A program made the translations under genes and the position numbers. This document shows, one piece after another, positions 1 to 8,855 of a stretch of DNA of 64,000 bases (positions within the stretch are counted from its first letter, which is position 1; each line of letters starts with the position of its first letter). Source of the DNA: Macrostomum lignano (lineage: Eukaryota); contig NIVC01001867.1 in the NCBI GenBank assembly GCA_002269645.1, positions 163,805-227,804 of the forward strand. Direction: 5' to 3'. The notes beneath the pieces were generated by a model, which saw only the letters and a list, made by a program, of their open reading frames with translations, did no database searches and was not told where the DNA came from.

Positions 1-95
1 ACTTTGTGAAGTCCGCATCTGAGAAATGATTTAAACAGTTTGATCAGCAATCCATAGCCATGGCGTCTGTCCCATGTCCCGCAAGTGCAACTCAC

Positions 96-189
96 CGTCC
101 GGCAGCCGGACTTCAACGCTGGCCGAGTCGCAGAGGCCGCCAGTGGCCAAAGCCAGCAGAATGAGGGCTGCAGAGCTGCACCGAAGCAT
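96..189 (-). CDS. First coding exon (signal peptide) of a gene running off the left edge; probable paralog of the mini-cadherin gene at 25282-30428
   Basis: ATG at 189 gives MLRCSSAALILLALATGGLCDSASVEVRLPD followed by a phase-1 G|GTGAGT donor. The exon at 30332-30428 (MLRYGPAVAAILLAVLASAYCDKARVEVLLPD G|GTGAGT) has nearly the same length, the same phase and the same VEVxLPD end. Confidence 0.6.
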
Positions 190-758
190 GACCGACCAGC
201 ACTGGCTCGGGCTGAAACTGAGGCGAGTCTCTGGCGCTGCGCTCGTGGCTGCTTTGTGTTTGTTTTGGTGCGCGGCCTCCACCAGTGCGGACTGGCTGGG
301 GTCAGTGGGGGAGTCGGAGGTGGCGGCGGGCACTTTAATCAGCAGGGGGAGAGAAGGGGGCGCATGGAGGCCGGGCCCAGTCCTAATGCCGAGCTCTGTT
401 GCTGATAAGCGCCGGCCTATGGCGGGTGAGTCAGGCCTTCCCGGGCCCCGCCCCGCCAGATCGAGCAGCCCGGCAGGCGCAGGACAGGTGCGCATAAAAA
501 GGAATCATTTTTTTCCTACTTTATTTCGCCTACTCGCTGCATAATTGCGGCCCAGCCACCCCCGCCGCCGCAGTGCAGGCCCAGCGAGTTGTGGGCCGCA
601 GCTTGGGGGGGGGGAGTCAGAAATATTCGAATTGCACACGCAGCTCGAGAGCATTTCTTGGAGCTGCAGGGCGAGACAGAGCAGTCACTGATAAAGTCAC
701 CGGGCAGAGCTGAGCCAAGGAGATAAGGCTGCACAGGGCGCGGCTTCGCACTGCCGCA

Positions 759-1111
759 AGTAGTAGGTAAAACGACGCTTCTAGACCCAGAGCACTTTTT
801 TAATGACCGTTTTAAGGGTCTAGAGGGGGGACACGGGGGGTAAATAAAAAAACACATCTAATCACCATTAACACAAAAAGACATCTAAAAACCCCCTAAC
901 AATAAAAATCATTCCCAACACTTCCAAACACTCCCCAACACTCCCCTCGTGTCCCCCCTCTGGAACCTTATAAACGGCCATTAAAAAAGGTCTGATCTGT
1001 AAGCGTCGTTTTACCTACTACTACACAACCCAACACTCCCCAACACTTCTAACACTTCCAAATCTCTATAACCCCTCGCACGCGCCGCAGGCGCGAAGGG
1101 TCTTTTTCTGT
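759..1111 (+). repeat. Left terminal inverted repeat (353 bp)
   Basis: Reverse complement of 18126-18478. Paired coordinates sum to 19237 at both ends, so there is no net indel. One mismatch seen, at 1101/18136. Confidence 0.95.
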
Positions 1112-1297
1112 AGTATGAAACTTCATACTAGCCCATTCATGAAGAGGAGGCATAATACCATATATGGTAGCGAGAGTTTCATTCATAAGTTATAAATCGT
1201 CTCTTTTTCTTATACCACCCACTGTTCTATTATTCTACCCCAACCTATTGTGCTTCCACTTCGTCTCTTTTTTCTGTTACTAAAAATAGAACAAAAA

Positions 1298-1696
1298 ATG
1301 ACACACGTTACTCATATGCAAAATCTGAACGAATTGCAGGTAGGAGACCCAGTTGAATACCGAGGTGAGGGGCTTTTTGATGTGGTTGGAACAGCAGCAA
1401 ATTTTGTTAAAGACAATATGGGTCTTATAGGGCAAGCAGGCTCCGCAGCAGGCTCTATAACAAATGCTGTAAAAGGAGGAATTGAAGCAGCTAGAGCGGC
1501 AGAAGAACTAAAGAAATTGAGAGATTTTAACGACACCCTCTCACAAATAAATGCAATAAAAGATTTAAAGCTGGCACAAGCCGCACAACCAACAGAAACC
1601 CCCACGAAAACCACGCCAATAAGTAATAAAGATATTCAGGATTTTAATAAAATGTTAACCACAATTAAAGGCGGAAAAGGATTAAAGAAATTTTAA
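1298..1696 (+). CDS. Polinton small protein, putative virion core or protease-processed protein (132 aa from ATG 1298)
   Basis: ORF 1250-1696, with an A-rich-context ATG at 1298. Contains RGEGLF and IKGGKGL motifs that resemble adenoviral protease sites. Confidence 0.6.
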   Translation: MTHVTHMQNLNELQVGDPVEYRGEGLFDVVGTAANFVKDNMGLIGQAGSAAGSITNAVKGGIEAARAAEELKKLRDFNDTLSQINAIKDLKLAQAAQPTETPTKTTPISNKDIQDFNKMLTTIKGGKGLKKF

Positions 1697-1706
1697 CAAT
1701 ATAAAA

Positions 1707-2681
1707 ATGGACACAGATAACGACCGCTTATATTTTATAGGAGAAATTGTAGATACTTTAGATCTAGATGATAATAAACATAGCCACGCAATGTTAAAAA
1801 AATTGGATCGTTTAGGTAAAAAACTTGACTATGATATCGATACATTTAAACTTGCTGCCAAATATGCACAAGAAGGAAGGCCAATATCCTTTAAGAATCG
1901 CGGTAGAAATTATAGGCTGACAGACTCCGATGTAAAATTTTTATTGGAGACTCATACTAAAAAAGACGGCGGATTGTTACCTATTTTACCAATTCTTTTA
2001 GGCCTCGGAGCAGCTGGAGCAGCCGGTTTAGCAGGTAAAAGAATTCATGATAACCGAAAACAGTTAGCAGAATTAAAAGCAAAACAGGGAGGCATACTTC
2101 CACTTGCAACATTGTTACCAATAATTTTTGCAGGAATAGGAGCAGCTGGTGGAATAGCAGGTGGCGCAGCTGGAATCACAAAAGCAGTAAATGATAAAAA
2201 AGCTGCGGATGAAAAAGCTAAACGAGATGCTGAATTTCAAAGACAGCAAATAACACAGGACGCACAATTCAAACAGAAACTCATTGACACCATTAATAGT
2301 AGTTCAGCAACAGCAGAGCAAAAAAGAAATGCAGAAGCTAGGTTAGCAGCCGGAAAAGGTTTACTGTTAAATGGCAGCGGTTTGGTACTAAAAGGAACAA
2401 CCCAAGGAAGTGGAGTTGTAGCAGATAAACTACAGGAATTTGGTCAAACTTTAGAAAAAACGGGTGAGAAAGCTAAAGGATTTTTTGACAATATTGGAGC
2501 TAATTTTAGGCCAGCAGTTCAGAAGATTTTTACTAAGTTAGGAAAAGATTTTAACATAATTGAAAAACACGACGGAAGCGGATTATATCTCGAAATGAGA
2601 CCAAAAGCAGGTTCAGGAATTTTCTTAAATTCAAATGTTATGGGCAATGGATTGCTATTACCAAAAGCAGATCTCGAATAG
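1707..2681 (+). CDS. Polinton virion protein with two adenovirus pX-like GG-LLP hydrophobic motifs and repeated GxG[LI]xL sites
   Basis: KDGGLLPILPILLGLGAAG and KQGGILPLATLLPIIFAGIGAAGG, plus GKGLLL, GSGLVL, GSGLYL, GSGIFL and GNGLLL. Confidence 0.7.
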   Translation: MDTDNDRLYFIGEIVDTLDLDDNKHSHAMLKKLDRLGKKLDYDIDTFKLAAKYAQEGRPISFKNRGRNYRLTDSDVKFLLETHTKKDGGLLPILPILLGLGAAGAAGLAGKRIHDNRKQLAELKAKQGGILPLATLLPIIFAGIGAAGGIAGGAAGITKAVNDKKAADEKAKRDAEFQRQQITQDAQFKQKLIDTINSSSATAEQKRNAEARLAAGKGLLLNGSGLVLKGTTQGSGVVADKLQEFGQTLEKTGEKAKGFFDNIGANFRPAVQKIFTKLGKDFNIIEKHDGSGLYLEMRPKAGSGIFLNSNVMGNGLLLPKADLE

Positions 2682-2765
2682 GCTCCTGGGGGGTGGGTCA
2701 GGACGCTAAAAACATAAAATTAAAAAACCAATAATTCAAATACTATATAAATTATATTCTATAAA

Positions 2766-5700
2766 ATGGAAGCAATTTTAGCTCAAATCGATAATCCCGA
2801 AATTAGAGCACAATTAATAGCTCAATTGGAATTAGAAAGAGCTAATATAGAAGCTAGAGTTAGGGCAGAAAATGAGATACGTTTAGAAAGACAATTAAAT
2901 GATATTGATATCCCCCAATCACAAGGACAAAATGGAGCTGAAGTAATAGATATAGATATAGATATAAATACAAATTATAAAGAATATTTTAAACAAATGA
3001 AAGATAAATTAAAGACCATATTAAACAATTATACTATAAGGCCAAATAACAAACGACAGCCAATTAAGTATAAAATAGAAGTTGAAACAGAATTTAAAAA
3101 ACCAAATATTCTTAATGCAAATTCAGAAATTGAAGTAATAAATAACTTTTCACAAGAATCATATAAAACACTACTATCAATGGGAAATTACAATAATCAA
3201 TTTAATCAAATAGAAGCTGAGTTTGATGAATGGATAGATAAGATGACAGAAAACGGATCCGGGTTTATATTTGTATCCTGTAATTCAGCAATAGTAAAGA
3301 TTGCACCCATAGAAATTCTTAAAGGACGATCACACATGAATCTTTACTTTAAATCACCAATGATCATAAATCCAGACAATAGAGATAATAAATGTTTATT
3401 ATGGTGTTTATTAATTCATAAATATCACAATCAAGTAGAATCACATGTTAATAAAATATATAATTATAGACAATATGAGAATGAAATAATAATGAAAAAC
3501 ATATCATACCCAGTAGCAATAGATGATATATATAAGATTGAAAAAATGAATGGTTTAAATATTAATGTTTTTACAATTGAAGAACCAGAAGATCTAGAAG
3601 AAATTTCAACCGATCCAGAATGGTATAAGAAAAACTGTTATTTAGTAAAACCAGCAACTGATATAACTGCACCAGATCAAATCGATCTTTTGTACATGCA
3701 GCGCGAAAATGAAACACATTATATATACATAAAAGATATTAGTTCTTTTTTAAGAGAAAATAGAAATAGATATCCACTATGTAGAAATTGTTTCACATTT
3801 AAAAAGGATGAAACAGCTCTTAAAAATCATCAACGATTTTGTTTAGATCACAAATTTACTAATGCTGTGATGCCAAATTCTGAAGATGCAACCTTAAAGT
3901 TCCAACAACATTATACAGCAATTAAAAAACCAATAGTAATATATGCTGATTTTGAAGCAACAAATGTTCCCTTAAAAGAATCACAGACAGTATCTGATGG
4001 TGAATGCACAAAAAAATTAGCACAACAGTTTCCTAATAGTTATTGTATATATGTACACTCCGTAGCTGATCATATATTTAAATCAAGGATGATTACTTAC
4101 CACGGTAAGGATGCAGCAAAACACATGGCAGAATCATTAGTAAATGTATTTGAATATATTCAAATTCAATATGATAAATTATCAAAAAATATTATTATGA
4201 CAGATAAGGATAGAGACAATTATAAAAATGCAACAAATTGTTTTATGTGCAAAAGGTATTTAAGTAAGAAAAATAAGATACGAGAACATTGTCATCTAAC
4301 GGGAATTTATCGAGGGGCAGCATGTAGATCATGTAATGCAAAAGAAGGAAAAGGATGTAAGGAAATACCAGTATTTTTTCATAATGGTTCCGGATATGAT
4401 TTTCATTTCTTAGTTCGAGAATTGCTTCATTTAGGAAAGGATGAATATGAAATAAATATATTACCTAAAACATCAGAAAATTACATATCAATAACATATG
4501 GTAAGAAATACTCCCATCTAGTTTTTCTAGACTCCTTGAGATTCTTATCAACCTCCCTAGCGAATGTTGTTTCATCATTAGTTCCAAAACCATGGGATTT
4601 AGAAATAGTAAAGAAAAACTTTCCAATACTATTGAATCGTTTCAAAAAAGAAAAACTATCCGAGGATGAACTAATGCTATTAACTCGCAAGGGCATCTAC
4701 CCATATGAATATGTAACATCTGAAAACGTATTTAGTGATACTCAACTACCCCCAATTGAAAAGTTTTATTCAACATTATCACAATCAAATATAAGTGAAT
4801 CGGATTATGAACACGCTCAAAAAGTATGGAAATACTTTAATTGTAAAACATTTAAAGATTATCATGATCTATATCTTAAAGCAGATGTTCTCCTATTAGC
4901 TGATGCATTTGAAAACTTTAGGAATCATACATATGAGAATTTTAAAATTGATCCCGCATATTGTTTCAGTGCACCGGGATTAACATGGGCTTGTGGTTTG
5001 AAACATACAGATGTTGAGATTGATTTACTAACTGATCATGATATGTTGTTAATGATTGAGAGAGGAATTCGCGGCGGATTCTCGGGTGTACTAGGAGATA
5101 GATATACTAAAGTAAATAATAAATATCTACCAAATTATAATAAAAAAGAAAAATCATCATATGTATTATATCTAGATGCAAACAATTTATACGGTGGTTG
5201 TATGAAACAAAAATTACCAATAGCTGATTTCCAATGGGAAGATGACCCCGATTATTACAAAAATATTCCCGAAGGAAGGGGTTGTATTGTAGAGGTGGAT
5301 TTGCAATATACTCGGGAAGCAAAAGCAAAAACATATAAATATCCTTTAGCTCCAGAGCATTGTTCAGTTAATGAAAATGATTTATCACAAACACAAAAAG
5401 ATTATCTTAAAGCAGATAATGCAAAACATCTAGCAACAAAAAAATTAATATTAAATTTACATGATAAGAAAAACTATGTAGTGCATTATAAGCTTCTACA
5501 ATTTTATGAAAAGCAGGGATTAAAAGTGTCTAAAGTACATCGAACAATATCGTTTATTGAGGAAGATTGGTTAGCTAAATATATTGATTTTAATTCAAAT
5601 CAGAGACAGATGTCAAAAACAAATTTTGAGAAAGATTATTGGAAATTAATGAATAATGCTTTTTATGGAAAAACGGTTGAAAATATTAGAGATAGAACCC

Positions 5701-6674
5701 AATTCCATTTAGAAAAGGATATTGATAAAGCAAAGAAATATTTCTCAAAACCTAACTTTAAAGACTTTATAAAATTTGATGATAACTTTATGGGTATTCA
5801 TATGAGAAATAAAACAACAAAATTTCTTAAACCAATATTTATTGGAATGGTTGTTTTAGATTATGCAAAGCTAGTAATGTATGAATATTATTATGATGTT
5901 ATAAATAAAACATGGCCAGATAACTATCCAATATATGCAGACACTGACAGTTTGGTATTTAAGGTTGAAACACCGGATGTCTATAAAGATATGGAAAAAA
6001 TTAAAGATACATTGGATACCTCCGACTATCCGGATAACCATCCCTTAAAATCAGATCAAAATAAAAAAGTTGTACTTAAAATGAAAGATGAATTAAATAG
6101 CAAAATCATAACCGAGTTTATAGCAATAAGATCAAAATGCTATGCATTTAAAGTTTTAGGACAGGAGGGAGAGGTAAAAAAAATAAAAGGGGTATCAAGG
6201 GCAGCAGTTAAAAAGATAACATTTGATGATTATAAAAACGTACTTTTAGATTACCTTAATACAATTGAAAATTATCACGCTCCACAATATCGATTAAATT
6301 CAGAAAAGCATCAGATGTTTGTCATCGAGACAGATAAAAAAACATTAAGTCCATTTGATGATAAAAGGTATTTAGATGATAAAATTAAAACATTTCCATA
6401 TGGTTTAAAAGAAGAGATAATAAACATGATAAAAGATAAAAAACAAAAAGAAGATATAATAAGCAAATATAAAGAATACAAAGAAGCAATAAATAATTAT
6501 TATTACGATTGTGATTGCGAATCCGAATGTGAATGTGAATATAATACATTTCTAGAATATAAAAAAGATATAGATAATTATTATGCAACATTTCCAAAAG
6601 AACTTAAAAAATTAAACAAGGAAAAAGTCTTGAATAACTGGAAGAGATTAACAGAAAAATTACTTATCGGATAA
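2766..6674 (+). CDS. polB: Protein-primed family B DNA polymerase (pPolB), 1302 aa
   Basis: ExoI IYADFE, ExoII FHNGSGYD, ExoIII YLKADVLLLADAFE. Polymerase motifs YLDANNLYG, KLMNNAFYGK, YADTDS. EndoVII-like Zn insert (CFMC...HCHLTGIYRGAACRSCN). N-terminal DNKCLLWC...THY is compatible with the vOTU-like domain of polinton PolBs. Confidence 0.97.
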   Translation: MEAILAQIDNPEIRAQLIAQLELERANIEARVRAENEIRLERQLNDIDIPQSQGQNGAEVIDIDIDINTNYKEYFKQMKDKLKTILNNYTIRPNNKRQPIKYKIEVETEFKKPNILNANSEIEVINNFSQESYKTLLSMGNYNNQFNQIEAEFDEWIDKMTENGSGFIFVSCNSAIVKIAPIEILKGRSHMNLYFKSPMIINPDNRDNKCLLWCLLIHKYHNQVESHVNKIYNYRQYENEIIMKNISYPVAIDDIYKIEKMNGLNINVFTIEEPEDLEEISTDPEWYKKNCYLVKPATDITAPDQIDLLYMQRENETHYIYIKDISSFLRENRNRYPLCRNCFTFKKDETALKNHQRFCLDHKFTNAVMPNSEDATLKFQQHYTAIKKPIVIYADFEATNVPLKESQTVSDGECTKKLAQQFPNSYCIYVHSVADHIFKSRMITYHGKDAAKHMAESLVNVFEYIQIQYDKLSKNIIMTDKDRDNYKNATNCFMCKRYLSKKNKIREHCHLTGIYRGAACRSCNAKEGKGCKEIPVFFHNGSGYDFHFLVRELLHLGKDEYEINILPKTSENYISITYGKKYSHLVFLDSLRFLSTSLANVVSSLVPKPWDLEIVKKNFPILLNRFKKEKLSEDELMLLTRKGIYPYEYVTSENVFSDTQLPPIEKFYSTLSQSNISESDYEHAQKVWKYFNCKTFKDYHDLYLKADVLLLADAFENFRNHTYENFKIDPAYCFSAPGLTWACGLKHTDVEIDLLTDHDMLLMIERGIRGGFSGVLGDRYTKVNNKYLPNYNKKEKSSYVLYLDANNLYGGCMKQKLPIADFQWEDDPDYYKNIPEGRGCIVEVDLQYTREAKAKTYKYPLAPEHCSVNENDLSQTQKDYLKADNAKHLATKKLILNLHDKKNYVVHYKLLQFYEKQGLKVSKVHRTISFIEEDWLAKYIDFNSNQRQMSKTNFEKDYWKLMNNAFYGKTVENIRDRTQFHLEKDIDKAKKYFSKPNFKDFIKFDDNFMGIHMRNKTTKFLKPIFIGMVVLDYAKLVMYEYYYDVINKTWPDNYPIYADTDSLVFKVETPDVYKDMEKIKDTLDTSDYPDNHPLKSDQNKKVVLKMKDELNSKIITEFIAIRSKCYAFKVLGQEGEVKKIKGVSRAAVKKITFDDYKNVLLDYLNTIENYHAPQYRLNSEKHQMFVIETDKKTLSPFDDKRYLDDKIKTFPYGLKEEIINMIKDKKQKEDIISKYKEYKEAINNYYYDCDCESECECEYNTFLEYKKDIDNYYATFPKELKKLNKEKVLNNWKRLTEKLLIG

Positions 6675-7043
6675 AATCCGCGACCCTTCGGGGCGGAAAA
6701 AAACTAAAGCATGTAATTGTTTAAGCATAATATCCATTTCCATTTCATATTTTATTGAGCACCAATTATCCTCACAGTCGGCAGGGTAACTTAAACATTC
6801 TTTTATTTTTTTCCTAAGTACTTTTATTCTTCTAACAAGACGATCAATTTCAATTTCAATTACTGTTTCTGCATAAGCAATTGCTTTTTGTATAAAACGT
6901 TTTCTTTTATCTAATTTGTATCGGATGGGAAACATATCTTCATCATAATCACTATAAAATAAACTATTAATATAATTAAGTTCACGCTCTTTAGTGATAA
7001 GGATTTTTATTGTCTCCATTTTCTTATAAAAAAATTTAGTCAT
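6660..7043 (-). CDS. Polinton hypothetical protein (probable start at ATG 7019)
   Basis: 127-aa ORF in the gene-dense element, convergent with and overlapping the polB end. No recognised motif. Confidence 0.55.
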   Translation of the reverse strand: MTKFFYKKMETIKILITKERELNYINSLFYSDYDEDMFPIRYKLDKRKRFIQKAIAYAETVIEIEIDRLVRRIKVLRKKIKECLSYPADCEDNWCSIKYEMEMDIMLKQLHALVFFRPEGSRILSDK

Positions 7044-7314
7044 CTTCGTCAGCCTCCCAAACCGAAGCCAATTTTACAGTCCTATCACACTTTTTATTTT
7101 TTGGTTGTTTTAGTTTAAATTGCAACCCACCCTCCAGACTGTATTTCATAACAAACGCTTTTGGTTTATTAATAACTAAAACAGGAAAATTTTTAACATC
7201 ATCTCCGCTTAGACATAAAATTTTATGCCCATCCAATTGTAAAAATATCGATTGAAGTCCAATAAATTTAACCTGTCTCAAACATATAATATTATATTCT
7301 TTATTCTCCAACAT
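7036..7314 (-). CDS. Polinton hypothetical protein (possibly extends to ATG 7367 across a frameshift)
   Basis: 92-aa ORF abutting the next ORF. No recognised motif. Confidence 0.45.
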   Translation of the reverse strand: MLENKEYNIICLRQVKFIGLQSIFLQLDGHKILCLSGDDVKNFPVLVINKPKAFVMKYSLEGGLQFKLKQPKNKKCDRTVKLASVWEADEDD

Positions 7315-7393
7315 ATTGGGGTGACATAATTAATCACATTAGAATCAGTTTTGAACCAGCTTTCCATTTTTAATCTAAAAAAATAACAAAAAA

Positions 7394-7906
7394 ATGAAAG
7401 ACATTTACGAATGTAAAAAATGTAACGTGACTATGCATAGAGCTCAAACAGCAAGCGGAGATATATATCATATGTGCTATTCATGTTCTAAAATATATCA
7501 ATTTGAAAAAACAAAAAAGATTGAAAACTCATATTACTATTTTAAAAACACAATTTTAAGAAATCTTACAAGAGACATATCTGATCCAATTTTAATTCCC
7601 GGAAATAATGTTTATTTATATAATAACTTTTTCCATTTAAATAAAGGAGTGGGATTAAGTTCGAAAGACTCCGAAAGGATTTTAATTTTAGTTGGATATT
7701 ATTTTAATTTTCTTATTCGAGAGAATACAAAGTTTATAAGGATAGGTAACATACCTAACGAAATGTTACTGAAAAAGTCGTTGGAATTTTTATGTATTGA
7801 TAAAAAATTTAAACCTAGGATTACAAGAGAATTACCACTTTGGGAAGAATATATAACGTATGCGTTAGAAAAACTAAACAACATTAAGTTCTACACCACT
7901 ACCTGA
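7394..7906 (+). CDS. Polinton hypothetical protein, 170 aa, N-terminal CxxC...CxxC
   Basis: A-rich ATG context. CKKC...CYSC could bind zinc. Confidence 0.55.
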   Translation: MKDIYECKKCNVTMHRAQTASGDIYHMCYSCSKIYQFEKTKKIENSYYYFKNTILRNLTRDISDPILIPGNNVYLYNNFFHLNKGVGLSSKDSERILILVGYYFNFLIRENTKFIRIGNIPNEMLLKKSLEFLCIDKKFKPRITRELPLWEEYITYALEKLNNIKFYTTT

Positions 7907-8470
7907 TCGCCGGCTTTGTACCCCAGTACCAATAGTTTCGGGTTCGTAAATACCTAATGTTTCTATAGGTGGAGCTTTGGGTTTATCGAGTCTCAACTCT
8001 TTTAATTCCATATCGGTAAAAGTTTCAACATCTAAAATTCTATTTCGATCTTTTAAATATTTTTCGTATAATTCCACCGCGGTTGATAATTCATGAATTG
8101 TTATCTCTCCGTCATCCAATATTTTTTGCACATATAAATATAACTGATTTTTATATTGTTTAGCAATATCTCTTAATGATTTATATTTATCCTTTCTTTT
8201 TTTAAGATATAATTTAATTGCTAAAAGTATTGATAAGTTTCTGATCATTTCAAAACCTGATATTGAGCCAATTGAAATACCTAAAAATAATTGAGATAAA
8301 TTAAGAGTTGGAATAGATTGTAAAATACCTAAAACGATTACACATAACATTGATAAGCTTCCAAATCCAATATTGAAAAAATCCATATTTCTGATATGGT
8401 TTGAAACTCTTCTTACTTTTTTGGTATATAAATCATAATCATAGTTAATACGATCAACATTACTTAACAT
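7874..8470 (-). CDS. Polinton membrane-associated protein (two hydrophobic helices)
   Basis: Hydrophobic segments FFNIGFGSLSMLCVIVLGIL and LFLGISIGSISGFEMIRNLSILLAIKLYL, then KKRKDKY...ILDDGEITIHEL. This pattern resembles a recurrent Polinton accessory protein. Confidence 0.65.
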   Translation of the reverse strand: MLSNVDRINYDYDLYTKKVRRVSNHIRNMDFFNIGFGSLSMLCVIVLGILQSIPTLNLSQLFLGISIGSISGFEMIRNLSILLAIKLYLKKRKDKYKSLRDIAKQYKNQLYLYVQKILDDGEITIHELSTAVELYEKYLKDRNRILDVETFTDMELKELRLDKPKAPPIETLGIYEPETIGTGVQSRRSGSGVELNVV

Positions 8471-8840
8471 GTGACCTTGCGTTGGTTAAAATGGTCACGT
8501 TCCCTTTTATCTGCTTCAGATACCGACATTTTCGTCTATTTTTAATAGCACCAAAATGAATTCCCGCGCTCTTTGGGTATTTGCCCGAGCTTAATAGGTA
8601 TTGTATTGGAGTGATTCTTTCTTTTTTCTCCCATTTAAATCCAATTTTCCAAAACTCTTGAAGTATAATATGATTTTTTAATAGTTTAATTAATTCTTGA
8701 AGCTTCTTGTTATCCTGAACATTTACAGTACTAAATAAAAATTTGGTATGAGATTTGAATGTTTTTATATTTGATTCTTGTTTAGGAATAGGAATAATAA
8801 CATTATTTTGCCGCATTGATGGTGTTCTACTAAAAGCCAT
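8460..8840 (-). CDS. Polinton hypothetical basic protein, 126 aa
   Basis: TATAAAATG start context. Its stop overlaps the next ORF start. Confidence 0.5.
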   Translation of the reverse strand: MAFSRTPSMRQNNVIIPIPKQESNIKTFKSHTKFLFSTVNVQDNKKLQELIKLLKNHIILQEFWKIGFKWEKKERITPIQYLLSSGKYPKSAGIHFGAIKNRRKCRYLKQIKGNVTILTNARSHVK

Positions 8841-8855
8841 TTTATATATAAATAT

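Noticed and set aside
1111-1169. Short palindromes just inside the left TIR (TAGTATGAA-AC-TTCATACTA; TACCATATATGGTA)
   Set aside because: Short, AT-rich and with no counterpart elsewhere, so no function can be supported.
4481-6597. Small antisense ORFs within polB
   Set aside because: Shadow ORFs on the opposite strand of a long, well-supported gene.
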